Source: an uncultured Acidimicrobiaceae bacterium
GTDB taxonomy: Bacteria; Actinomycetota; Acidimicrobiia; Acidimicrobiales; RAAP-2
Direction: 5' to 3'
Length of the DNA: 64,000 nt
NCBI GenBank assembly: GCA_963789235.1
Contig: CAWBJX010000003.1
Location: 265,257 to 329,256, forward strand
The position numbers and the translations under genes are program-made. How positions within the stretch are numbered: the first letter of the stretch is position 1; each line of letters begins with the position of its first letter. The notes beneath the pieces were generated by a model. It was not told the DNA's origin. It ran no database searches and worked only from the letters and a program-made list of their open reading frames with translations. Positions 1 to 8,648 of the stretch are shown here, in pieces.

Positions 1-2
1 GT

Positions 3-2474
3 TTGATCACTCTGATATGGCCTAACTCGCAGAGTGCGCAGAGCGTCAATTTACCGAACTCACTGCTGCCTGCTGGTCCCAACGACCTGGTCCACCTGTT
101 TGGGGTTTCGGGCTTGCCCATCACACAGGATCGCCTGATCATCATTGGGATCGTGGTGGTGCTGGTGGTGGTCCTCCGATTGGTCTACACCAAGACCCCG
201 TTTGGCTTGGCCACCTCGGCGGTGGCCGAGAATGCCGAGGCAGCCGCCGCGGGTGGGCTTTGGACCGGCAACATCGAATTGATCAACTTCGTGATCTCCG
301 GCGTCCTCTCCGCGGGGGCTGCCATCCTCCTCGCGCCGATCATCGGGCTCGACGCCGCCACCCTCACCCTGATCATCGTCCCTGCGATGGCGGCCGCCCT
401 GCTGGGCGGTTTCAACTCCTTCTCGCTGACGCTGGCCGGCGCCATGTTGATCGGCGTCCTGCAGTCAGAGATCACTCGGTTCGTCACTAGCGCCAACCTG
501 GTCGGGCTCTCGGACGCCGTGCCAGTGGGGATCATCGTCATCATTACCGTGGTCGGGGGCCGGTCCCGTCTGGCTCGCGGCGACACGGTGAGCAGGCTCC
601 CGTTCCCCGGAGCTGGGCGGGTCCCGATAGGCCGGGTGGTTGTCGGCGCCGCCGCCCTGGCGCTCGCCTGCATCGTGTTGAACGCCGGGTGGGCCAGCTC
701 CATTACCGTGCTGGCCGCCTTGGCGGTCGTTGTCCTGTCGGTAATCGTGGTCACCGGCTATGGGGGCCAACTGTCATTGTGTCAGGGCGCCCTGGCTGGC
801 CTCGGCGCATGGCTGGCGGCCCGCTTCCTCCTTGTCGGGATCCCTTTCGAGCTGGCCCTGCTTCTGGGGATCCTGATCACGGTCCCAGCCGGCCTGGTCG
901 TCGCCGTACCGGCCCTACGTACCCGTGGGGTCACGCTGGCTGTGGCCACGCTCGCGCTCGGCGCCCTGATTTCCTCGATTGTGTTCAACAATGCCTCCCT
1001 TACGGGCGGCTACGAGGGCCTGACCATCCAGAACGAGCAATTCTTCGGCGTCAATGTCGACCCGATTCTGCACCCGGTCGCTTACTCGCTTTTCACCATT
1101 GGCGCTTTCGTAGTCGCCGGCTTGCTGGTGGCGAACGTCCGGCGGGGGCGCAGTGGGCGGCGGCTCCTGGCAGTCCGCGGCAACGAGCGGGCGGCGGCGG
1201 CACTGGGGATAGGCGTTTATGGTGCCAAGCTGTACGCCTTCGGACTCGGGGCGGCCATCGCTGCCCTCGGCGGAGTGCTCATTGCGTTCCAGGTCAATTA
1301 TTTGAACCTGAGTCAGTTCAACGTCTTCGCCTCCATCACCGTGGTGGAGTATGCGGTGATTGGGGGCATCGGCTGGATCAGCGGCGCGATGCTCGGTGCT
1401 CTGTTGGCGCCCGGTGCTCCGATCTCTTACGCCTTCTCTTCGTTGTTCGACCTCAGCAACTGGCTCGTCCCGCTCGCTGGGCTTGGCACCATCGTGGTGA
1501 TCGCCCAGGCGCCCGACGGCATCGCAGCCAACGTCTCCTACCAGTTCCAAACGTTGTGCTCCACTGTCGGCGCATCGGTCAAGTCCACGGTGGACGGCTG
1601 GTCGGGCAAGGTTGCGCCTTGGCGTTCCCGACCCGGAGCCGAAGAGCGGCCCCGCGAGCGCCCCCCGTTCGCCATCGAGGTCCGCAACATCTCGGTCTGG
1701 TTCGGCGGCGTGCAGGCGCTCGACGATGTCAGCTTCACCATCCACCCCGGCGAGGTGCTTGGCTTGATCGGTCCGAATGGCGCCGGAAAGACCACTCTGC
1801 TCGACGCCATCACCGGTTTCACACGGCCTACCGCCGGGTCGGTGCTTCTCGACGGCGTCCCCATCGACTCGTGGTCGCCCGAGCGCCGCGCCCGAGCAGG
1901 CGTTGGCCGCTCGTGGCAGGCGGTAGAGCTATTCGATGGGATGACCGTCCGCGAGAACCTATTGGTTGCGGCCGATGACCAGTCTCGCTGGCGCTATGCC
2001 ATTGACCTGGTCCGTCCCGGACGCCGCCCAACTTCCGCGGTGATCGACGACGTGGTCGAGGCGCTCGGGCTTGAGGAGCTACTCGACCAGAAGACGACCG
2101 GCCTTTCCCAGGGCAACGCCCGGTTGGTCGGAATCGCCCGGGCAGCCGTGGCGGAACCGGCTGTGCTGCTTCTCGATGAGCCAGCTGCTGGACTCGACTC
2201 CCACGAAACAGAGGAGTTCGGGAGCGTCATTCGAATGCTGGCCGATCGGATGGGGATGGGCGTCGTTCTGATTGAACATGACGTGCCGCTGGTCATCTCT
2301 GTTTGTGACCGGATCGTGGTGCTCGATTTCGGTCATCAGATCGCGGAGGGTACGCCGGCCGAGATCGGACGACACGAGCAGGTGATCAGCGCCTACCTGG
2401 GTGCGGCGACCCAGCCGGAGGAGTCGACCCCGACCCCCGAAGGCGTTGTCTCGTCGGTAGGGTTCCGCCCGTGA
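3..2474 (+). CDS. Liv-type branched-chain amino acid ABC transporter. One ORF fuses a LivH-like permease C-terminus, a LivM-like permease and a LivG-like ATPase. The 5' end runs off the window.
   Basis: Uninterrupted 823-codon ORF open at the window edge. The N-terminal two thirds is polytopic and hydrophobic. The C-terminus carries Walker A GPNGAGKTTLLDAITG, signature LSQGNARLVGIARA and Walker B LLLDEPAAGLD. Confidence 0.8.
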   Translation: MITLIWPNSQSAQSVNLPNSLLPAGPNDLVHLFGVSGLPITQDRLIIIGIVVVLVVVLRLVYTKTPFGLATSAVAENAEAAAAGGLWTGNIELINFVISGVLSAGAAILLAPIIGLDAATLTLIIVPAMAAALLGGFNSFSLTLAGAMLIGVLQSEITRFVTSANLVGLSDAVPVGIIVIITVVGGRSRLARGDTVSRLPFPGAGRVPIGRVVVGAAALALACIVLNAGWASSITVLAALAVVVLSVIVVTGYGGQLSLCQGALAGLGAWLAARFLLVGIPFELALLLGILITVPAGLVVAVPALRTRGVTLAVATLALGALISSIVFNNASLTGGYEGLTIQNEQFFGVNVDPILHPVAYSLFTIGAFVVAGLLVANVRRGRSGRRLLAVRGNERAAAALGIGVYGAKLYAFGLGAAIAALGGVLIAFQVNYLNLSQFNVFASITVVEYAVIGGIGWISGAMLGALLAPGAPISYAFSSLFDLSNWLVPLAGLGTIVVIAQAPDGIAANVSYQFQTLCSTVGASVKSTVDGWSGKVAPWRSRPGAEERPRERPPFAIEVRNISVWFGGVQALDDVSFTIHPGEVLGLIGPNGAGKTTLLDAITGFTRPTAGSVLLDGVPIDSWSPERRARAGVGRSWQAVELFDGMTVRENLLVAADDQSRWRYAIDLVRPGRRPTSAVIDDVVEALGLEELLDQKTTGLSQGNARLVGIARAAVAEPAVLLLDEPAAGLDSHETEEFGSVIRMLADRMGMGVVLIEHDVPLVISVCDRIVVLDFGHQIAEGTPAEIGRHEQVISAYLGAATQPEESTPTPEGVVSSVGFRP

Positions 2475-3262
2475 GCGTACCGGCCGACACGGACGTCACC
2501 GGTGGGGCTCCCGGGCAGCGGGCGGTGTCAGACGGTCCGGCACCGGGCGGAGCGCTCATCGCTGCGCGCAAACTGTTTGCCGGGTACGGCCGCACGACGG
2601 TCGTGCGCGAGCTAGATCTGGAGGTCCACCCGGGCGAAGTTGTCGCCCTGGTCGGACCCAACGGGGCCGGCAAGACGACAACCCTATTGACCATGAGCGG
2701 GCAGATCCCGGCTCTGGGCGGTGAGGTGCTGTTCCAAGGCGTGCCAACGACGGCTCCCCTATACCGGCGAGCACGCGCCGGGCTGGGCCTCATCACCGAG
2801 CAACGTCCTGTCCTGATGACGCTCACGGTGCTGGAGAATCTCAAGGTGTCCAAGTGCGACATCGACATGGCAGCCGAGCTCTTTCCCGACCTGGTGGACC
2901 ATTTCAGCCGCCGCGTTGGGTTGCTGTCGGGCGGCCAACAACGGATGGTGGCGCTGGCCCGGATCCTGTCTCGGTCGCCTTCGGTGGTGCTGGCCGACGA
3001 GCTGTCCCTCGGACTGGCGCCTCTCATCGTCGATCGTCTCCTTGCCGAGGTCCGAGCAGCGGCCGACCGGGGGGTAGGAGTCCTTCTCGTTGAGCAGCAC
3101 GTGCGAAAGGCCATGCAGATCGCAGACCGACTCGTGGTGATGCGGCGAGGACGGGTTCGCCTGTCTGGCAGGACGGCAGAACTCGTTGATCGGATTGACG
3201 AGATCCAGGCGGCCTACTTGACGCCGGTCCACCTAGATGGCGCCGATAACAACACGACGTAG
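2471..3262 (+). CDS. Liv-type ABC transporter ATP-binding protein (LivF-like)
   Basis: GTG start overlaps the upstream stop (GTGA). Walker A GPNGAGKTTTLLTMSG, signature LLSGGQQRMVALARIL, Walker B VLADELSLGLAP. Confidence 0.85.
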   Translation: MSVPADTDVTGGAPGQRAVSDGPAPGGALIAARKLFAGYGRTTVVRELDLEVHPGEVVALVGPNGAGKTTTLLTMSGQIPALGGEVLFQGVPTTAPLYRRARAGLGLITEQRPVLMTLTVLENLKVSKCDIDMAAELFPDLVDHFSRRVGLLSGGQQRMVALARILSRSPSVVLADELSLGLAPLIVDRLLAEVRAAADRGVGVLLVEQHVRKAMQIADRLVVMRRGRVRLSGRTAELVDRIDEIQAAYLTPVHLDGADNNTT

Positions 3263-3404
3263 CACGCGTGTCGGGCCGGGGTGGCTCGGGAAAAGGGGAG
3301 GAAGCCAGGTCAACACAATCGAGGCCGTGGGACGAGTTGGAGTTTATGGACGATCGATGAACCAGCCTAGCCACCGAGTGGTGCCGGCACGAGGAAGGAA
3401 CAAC

Positions 3405-4709
3405 ATGTCAACGAAATTGAACACGCAGGGGCGCCGGGACGGCCGGCGACGGTCATGGGCGATGTGGTCAGTCGCTCCGGTTGCCGCGATGATGTTGGCC
3501 GGCGTCTGCGTCAGCGGACCGGCGTCGGCTGCGGCCAAGCCGACCGGGAAACCGATCGTACTCTTCACGGTCGCCGATCCCACTCCCAGCGGGTTCCCGG
3601 GGGTGCCCGTGGGGATGAACGCGGCCGCGAAGGCGATCAACGCGGCCGGCGGTGTCAAGGATCCCTCCGGTGGTCCGAACCGTCCGATCGAAGTGGTCGA
3701 CTGCGACGACTCGGCCGGCTCCAACGCCGCCGCCGCCTGCGGACGCGAGGCGGTGTCTGACCACGCCCTGGCCGTGGTCGGGTCGCAGTCTGCAAATGGC
3801 GCCGTCTACGAGCCGATCGTCTACGCCGCCGGCATCCCGCTGGTGGCCGAAGGCGCTTACGACACTCCCGCTCTCACCAATGCGCTTTCGTTCCCGGTCA
3901 CCAACACCCTGGCGACCAGCGCTGCCGGCGGGATTCCGTTCTTCGCCGCCTCGCTGGGCATCAAGAGCATCTATGTAGTGGAACCGAACCTGCCTCAGGC
4001 CACGTCCCTACTGTCCTTCCTAGCTCAGCAGGAGAAGGCGGCCGGCGTTACCCAGGCCGGCCAATCGTTGGTGAATGAATCGTCGACCTCAACCCCCGAT
4101 TTCACCCCATACGCGGCTGCAGCGGCATCGTCGGGCGCCGGCCTGATCTACGTTGAAGTCGGGCCGACCGGTGTGAGCTTCCTCAAGTCGTTGCTGGTCC
4201 AGGGGGTGAATTTCAAAAAGACGGTTGTGGTGCTGGACTCAAACGTGGTGTCCGCTCAGGACCTGCAGCCGCTGGGCAAGAACCAAAATGGCGTCTACTT
4301 CATGGGTGGCTCGATCCCGTCCGACGACACCTCCAATTCAGCGGTTAAGCAATACAACAACGAGATGGACAAGTACGGAAACAAGACCACACCGCGTACC
4401 GAGGCATCGGAGCAGGCGTGGGTTGGGGTACACGTAATCGCCAACATCCTCAAGACGGTTCCGACCATCTCGAGCGCTGCCCTGGTCAAGGCCATGAACA
4501 ACGCCGGACCGATGCAGGTCGGCCCGATCGTTCCGTTCGATTGGAGCAAGCATGCCTACACCACCGGTTTCCTAAGTCAGATTCGCATTTTCGCCAACCA
4601 GATGATGGTCTCTCGGGTGGTCAAGGGGAAGGCGATCCCAGTGGTCAATACCTGGGTGCCGACCGACAAGAAGTTCACGGTCACCCAAGCGGGACAGCCC
4701 TCGAGTTGA
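3405..4709 (+). CDS. ABC transporter substrate-binding protein (Leu/Ile/Val-binding family), secreted
   Basis: ATG at 3405 preceded by GAGGAAGGA. Signal-like N-terminus RRSWAMWSVAPVAAMMLAGVCVSGPASAAAKP. Periplasmic-binding-protein type I-like sequence, directly downstream of the permease and ATPase genes. The longer ORF from 3237 overlaps the livF-like gene and is unlikely. Confidence 0.8.
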   Translation: MSTKLNTQGRRDGRRRSWAMWSVAPVAAMMLAGVCVSGPASAAAKPTGKPIVLFTVADPTPSGFPGVPVGMNAAAKAINAAGGVKDPSGGPNRPIEVVDCDDSAGSNAAAACGREAVSDHALAVVGSQSANGAVYEPIVYAAGIPLVAEGAYDTPALTNALSFPVTNTLATSAAGGIPFFAASLGIKSIYVVEPNLPQATSLLSFLAQQEKAAGVTQAGQSLVNESSTSTPDFTPYAAAAASSGAGLIYVEVGPTGVSFLKSLLVQGVNFKKTVVVLDSNVVSAQDLQPLGKNQNGVYFMGGSIPSDDTSNSAVKQYNNEMDKYGNKTTPRTEASEQAWVGVHVIANILKTVPTISSAALVKAMNNAGPMQVGPIVPFDWSKHAYTTGFLSQIRIFANQMMVSRVVKGKAIPVVNTWVPTDKKFTVTQAGQPSS

Positions 4710-4840
4710 ACCGGGCTTGTGTGCCTGGTTCTTCCGCAGTTTGGGGTCCAACTTGATGCCCTGGACATGTCCACGGTGAGGGGCCGCGGGCACATGGCGG
4801 ACCGCCGCCGTACGATGAGGCGTCTTGCAGGAGGGGCTCC

Positions 4841-5989
4841 ATGGGCGCAGCGTTGAGCGAGGCGGCAGTGGTTGGCATCGGCCGAACAGCCTTCGTGCGG
4901 AGGTCCGGACGGACCACCCTCGCCATGGCGGCGGAGGCGTCCCGCAGCGCGCTGGCCGACGCCGGCCTGACCCCGCGCGACGTCGACGGGTTCACGTGCT
5001 ACTCCACCTGCGACTCGGCGGCTCCCCTGCAGGTGGCCGATGCGATCGGAATCGACGACATCGGATGGTGCACTGGGGTCATGGGCGGTGGAAACGTCGT
5101 AGCGTCGGTGGTGGCCGGCGCTGCGGCGGCCGTCGTCACCAACCAGGCCGATGTTGTCGTCGTCTACCGGGTCCTCGGCTCCGAAACGCGCTACGGGAAG
5201 GCGAACGGGGCGGTAATGGTCGGTGGGGAGGGCCAGTTTGCCGCCCCCCACGGTTACATGGTCCCGCCTCAGTGGTTCGCGATGTGGTGCCAGCGCCACC
5301 AGGCCGTGTATGGCTCGACGAGCGAGGACCTGGGTGCGATCGCGATCCAGGGCCGGGAGCACGCTAGCCACAATCCGCATGCAATTGCGCGGGATCCGAT
5401 CACGCTCGACCAATATCTGGCCGGACGTTGGGTGAATGAGCCTTTCCGGGTCTATGACTGCTGTTACGAGGTCGACGGCGCGGTGGCCCTCGTGGTCACC
5501 TCGGCCGAGCGGGCCAAGGACCTGCCCCATAAGCCGATCTACCCGCTGGCGGTCTCGGATGCCTCCGGTTTCGGCGGGGGAGTCGACCGCTGGGACGACA
5601 TGACCTGCATGTACTCGCGTAACGCGGCGCCGAGGCTGTGGAACAAGACCGGGCTCGGTCCAAGGGACATGGACCTCGCTCTCATGTACGACTGCTTCAC
5701 CTACACGGTCATGGCCACCTTTGAGGACTTCGGGTTCTGCGCGAAGGGCGAGGTCGGGGACTACTTCCGGGCTGGCCGCGCCACCTATGGCGGGGATGTC
5801 GTCGTCAACCCCCACGGTGGCCTTCTCTCTGAGGGCTACCTCCACGGCTTGAACCATCACTACGAAGCCGTGCTCCAGCTGCGCAACGAGGCCGGCGACC
5901 GGCAGGTCCACGGCGCCGAGACGGCGCTTGTCACCGCCGGCGCAGGCCCTTACGGCGGTGCGCTCATCTATGTCAACGACGCATCGTGA
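4841..5989 (+). CDS. Thiolase-like protein, SCP-x / lipid-transfer-protein type
   Basis: 382 aa. N-terminal AVVGIGRTAFVRRSGRT and C-terminal NPHGGLLSEGYLHGLNH are typical of non-FadA thiolase-domain proteins. Stop overlaps the start of the DUF35 gene. Confidence 0.8.
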   Translation: MGAALSEAAVVGIGRTAFVRRSGRTTLAMAAEASRSALADAGLTPRDVDGFTCYSTCDSAAPLQVADAIGIDDIGWCTGVMGGGNVVASVVAGAAAAVVTNQADVVVVYRVLGSETRYGKANGAVMVGGEGQFAAPHGYMVPPQWFAMWCQRHQAVYGSTSEDLGAIAIQGREHASHNPHAIARDPITLDQYLAGRWVNEPFRVYDCCYEVDGAVALVVTSAERAKDLPHKPIYPLAVSDASGFGGGVDRWDDMTCMYSRNAAPRLWNKTGLGPRDMDLALMYDCFTYTVMATFEDFGFCAKGEVGDYFRAGRATYGGDVVVNPHGGLLSEGYLHGLNHHYEAVLQLRNEAGDRQVHGAETALVTAGAGPYGGALIYVNDAS

Positions 5990-6414
5990 CCGACACCGCT
6001 GACATGCTCGGGGTCCCGCCCCAGCCAGCTCCCGACGCCGACTCCCAGGGGTTCTGGGACGCGACCGCAAGCGGCGAGTTAGTCATCTGTCGATGTCAGT
6101 CGTGCCGGCTCTGGCTCCAGCCACCCCTCGAACGTTGCAGGGTTTGCGCGGGGCAGACCGCGTTCGAGCGGGTCAGCGGGACCGGCGAGGTCTACACGTT
6201 CATCGTCGTGCGCCAGCCCTCGGTTCCCGGGTATTTGGAGCATTTGCCCTATGTCGTGGTGATCGTCGAACTCGACGAGCAGAAGGGCCTCCGGCTGCCG
6301 AGCCGACTTGATGGTGTGGACCCAGGCAAGGTCCGGATCGGGATGCGGGTGCGGGCGGAGCTCGTGCCACTGGCCGGCGGGGATTTCACGGTCCCGGTCT
6401 TCCGGCCCGAGTAG
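5986..6414 (+). CDS. Zn-ribbon/OB-fold protein (DUF35 family), thiolase partner
   Basis: 142 aa. Rubredoxin-like CxxC...CxxC (CQSCRLW...CRVCAG) followed by an OB-fold-like segment. 4-nt overlap with the upstream thiolase gene. Confidence 0.8.
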   Translation: MTDTADMLGVPPQPAPDADSQGFWDATASGELVICRCQSCRLWLQPPLERCRVCAGQTAFERVSGTGEVYTFIVVRQPSVPGYLEHLPYVVVIVELDEQKGLRLPSRLDGVDPGKVRIGMRVRAELVPLAGGDFTVPVFRPE

Positions 6415-6669
6415 GACGCAGCAACACCGCCGGCCGCAAATGCGCTGGAGCGGGAACTGATGGGTGAGCTCGCCGGTACTCCGATCACCCCGTCCAGAAT
6501 CTCGGCGTTGAATGCGCTGGGCCTATCGTTTGACGTTGATAGGAACCGCTTCGAGCTGGGAGTTTCCGGACTCAAGTGCCACTCAAGTGCGCCCCTCGGA
6601 GTGCGCCCACAAAGTGCAGCCCACGGCGCTCGGCCTAAGGGGTCAAGTCCACGGAGTGCATCCACGGAG

Positions 6670-6741
6670 TGCGCCCCTCGGGATTTGAACCCGAAACCTG
6701 CGGATTAAGAGTCCGTTGCTCTGCCGTTGAGCTAGAGGCGC
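6670..6741 (-). tRNA. tRNA-Lys (anticodon CTT)
   Basis: Folded by hand. Acceptor GCGCCTC/GGGGCGC (one G-U), D stem GCTC/GAGC, anticodon loop CTCTTAA, T arm TCGGG-TTCAAAT-CCCGA, discriminator A. CCA is not encoded. Confidence 0.85.
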
Positions 6742-7022
6742 ACCGGAGAGTGTAGGCGAGTGGCCGTCGCCCACTCGCAGGTTGCAGAGTCGCTCGCGCT
6801 CCCACTTGTTCCCCCGAAATCGCCGGCCCGGGCTTGCGCCACGGACCGGCGACCCCCCCCCGGGGGCACCCGTCGCCCTTCTTCCCAGAAAACGGAGCGC
6901 TGTGAAGGTAGCACAGGGACGGGAGGCTGACATGGGCGTCAGGTACACTCGCCCGGGATCTGCCCGATGCGGCACGCGTGAAACGGGGATCGAACGGTAA
7001 CCGGCGGCGCCGGGGAGGGAGG

Positions 7023-8153
7023 GTGGTGGAGCTCGAGTTCACGACCGAACAGGAAGAGCTTCGCTCCTCGGTCCGTTTGTTCCTCGAGAAGGAGTGCCCC
7101 GTCGAGCTCGTGCGTGACGTCGTGGAGACCGGCCGGGCACCCGAGGAGCTCTGGGCAGCCATGGTCGCTCTGGATTGGCCGGCCCTCGCCATCCCCGAGG
7201 ACAACGGCGGCATCGGCCTCACCTTCGTCGAGATGGCCGTTCTCGTCGAGGAGCTCGGCCGGGCCATCACTCCGGGTCCCCTTCTGGCCACCGTGACCCA
7301 GTTCGCCCCGGTGGTACGCGAGGTCGGCACCGTCGAGCAGCGCCAGCGCTTCCTGTCGGAAGTCGCCTCCGGTGCCGTCACCGGGACGGTGGCGCTGGCC
7401 GACCACCCTGTGGGCTCGGCGTTGGACGACGTCACCATGATCGCCGAACGGGCCGAGGGCGGCTGGGTCCTGCGCGGCAGCAAGCTCGGCGTCTTGGCCC
7501 ACGCCGGCATCACCGAGGTCGCCGTCATCGCCCGTGCCGGCGACGGCATCGGCGCCTTCGTCGTGCCCGCGCCAGAGGCCGGTCTGGGGGTCGTGCACTC
7601 GCTCGATGCGAGCCGCCCCCTCTCAACCGCCACGCTCGACGGGGTCCACGTCCCCGACGACCGGGCGCTCGGCGATCCCGGCAGCGCGGCCTCCCTGCTC
7701 GGCGTCACCCGGGCGATGCACGAAGCCACCGTCGCGCTGGCGCTCGAGACCGTCGGCGTCTGCGACGCGCTCTTCCAGATGGTGCTGGCGTACGTCAAGG
7801 ACCGCAAGCAGTTCGGGGCGCCCGTTGGCTCCTTCCAGGCCGTCAAGCACAAGATGGCCAACATGTTCCTCGCCATCGAGCGTGCCCGCTCCTTGTGCTA
7901 CTTCGCCGTCGCCGCCATCGACGAGGACAAGCCCGTGCGGGCGTCCGCCGTGTCCATGGCCAAGGCGGCCAGTGATGATTGTCAGCGCCTCGTCTGCCGC
8001 GACTCGTTTCAGTCCTTCGGGGGCATCGGCTTCACCTGGGAGCACGATTCGCACCTCTACATCAAGCGGGCACAGACGAACGGCACCCTCTTCGGCAGCT
8101 CGGCTCAGCACTCGCTCGCCGTCGCCGCCATGCTCGGGGTGGGCTCCGCCTGA
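7023..8153 (+). CDS. Acyl-CoA dehydrogenase family protein
   Basis: GTG at 7023/7026 preceded by GGGGAGGGAGG. Sequence is ACAD-like throughout (FTTEQEELRSSVRLFLEKECP ... RKQFGAPVGSFQAVKHKMANM ... GGIGFTWEHDSHLYIKRA). Confidence 0.85.
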   Translation: MVELEFTTEQEELRSSVRLFLEKECPVELVRDVVETGRAPEELWAAMVALDWPALAIPEDNGGIGLTFVEMAVLVEELGRAITPGPLLATVTQFAPVVREVGTVEQRQRFLSEVASGAVTGTVALADHPVGSALDDVTMIAERAEGGWVLRGSKLGVLAHAGITEVAVIARAGDGIGAFVVPAPEAGLGVVHSLDASRPLSTATLDGVHVPDDRALGDPGSAASLLGVTRAMHEATVALALETVGVCDALFQMVLAYVKDRKQFGAPVGSFQAVKHKMANMFLAIERARSLCYFAVAAIDEDKPVRASAVSMAKAASDDCQRLVCRDSFQSFGGIGFTWEHDSHLYIKRAQTNGTLFGSSAQHSLAVAAMLGVGSA

Positions 8154-8170
8154 GCGGGCCGACCGACGGC

Positions 8171-8581
8171 GTGCGACCCGGCGAGTGGTTGATCGCCGCC
8201 CTCGGCCTCGCGCCGCATCCCGAGGGAGGGTGGTACCGCCGGACGTGGGCGGCGCAGGCGGAACCGGGCCAGCGACCAGGCGGCAGCGCCATCTACTACC
8301 TCCTGCTGCACGGCGAGGTCTCCGCGCCGCACCGCCTCGACGCCACCGAGCTGTGGCACTTCTACCGCGGCGACCCACTCGAGCTCGGTCTCGAGTGGCC
8401 GGACGGTCGGCGCGCCGTCCACGTCGTCGGGCCCGATGTGACATCCGGCCACGCGCCACAGGTGGTGGTGGAAGCCGGCGTCTGGCAGTCAGCCCGCCCG
8501 CTCGGGCGTTACTCCCTCGTTGGGGCGACCGTGACACCGGCGTTCACCTTCGAGGGGTTCGAGCTCCGGGGCCCGAGATGA
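8171..8581 (+). CDS. Cupin superfamily protein (DUF985-like)
   Basis: GTG at 8171 just after the ACAD stop. Motifs LGLAPHPEGGWYRRTW and SAIYYLLL...HRLDATELWHFYRGDPLEL. The ORF part upstream of 8171 overlaps the ACAD gene. Confidence 0.7.
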   Translation: MRPGEWLIAALGLAPHPEGGWYRRTWAAQAEPGQRPGGSAIYYLLLHGEVSAPHRLDATELWHFYRGDPLELGLEWPDGRRAVHVVGPDVTSGHAPQVVVEAGVWQSARPLGRYSLVGATVTPAFTFEGFELRGPR

Positions 8582-8648
8582 GCCGTGGCCGGTTGCTCGG
8601 CCTTCTGCTAGGCAAGGTGTGCGCGCCGCACGCGCACGAGGAGACCAC

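Noticed and set aside
4577-6070. 497-aa minus-strand ORF
   Set aside because: It is antisense to the thiolase-like gene at 4841..5989. Shadow ORF.
6460-6708. 82-aa plus-strand ORF
   Set aside because: It runs through the short-repeat region and into the tRNA-Lys gene. No RBS and no coding-like features.
6571-6741. Integrated mobile element at tRNA-Lys
   Set aside because: Only short duplicated tRNA-end fragments are present. No integrase, excisionase or foreign-looking gene block lies on either side. Reported as a possible scar only.
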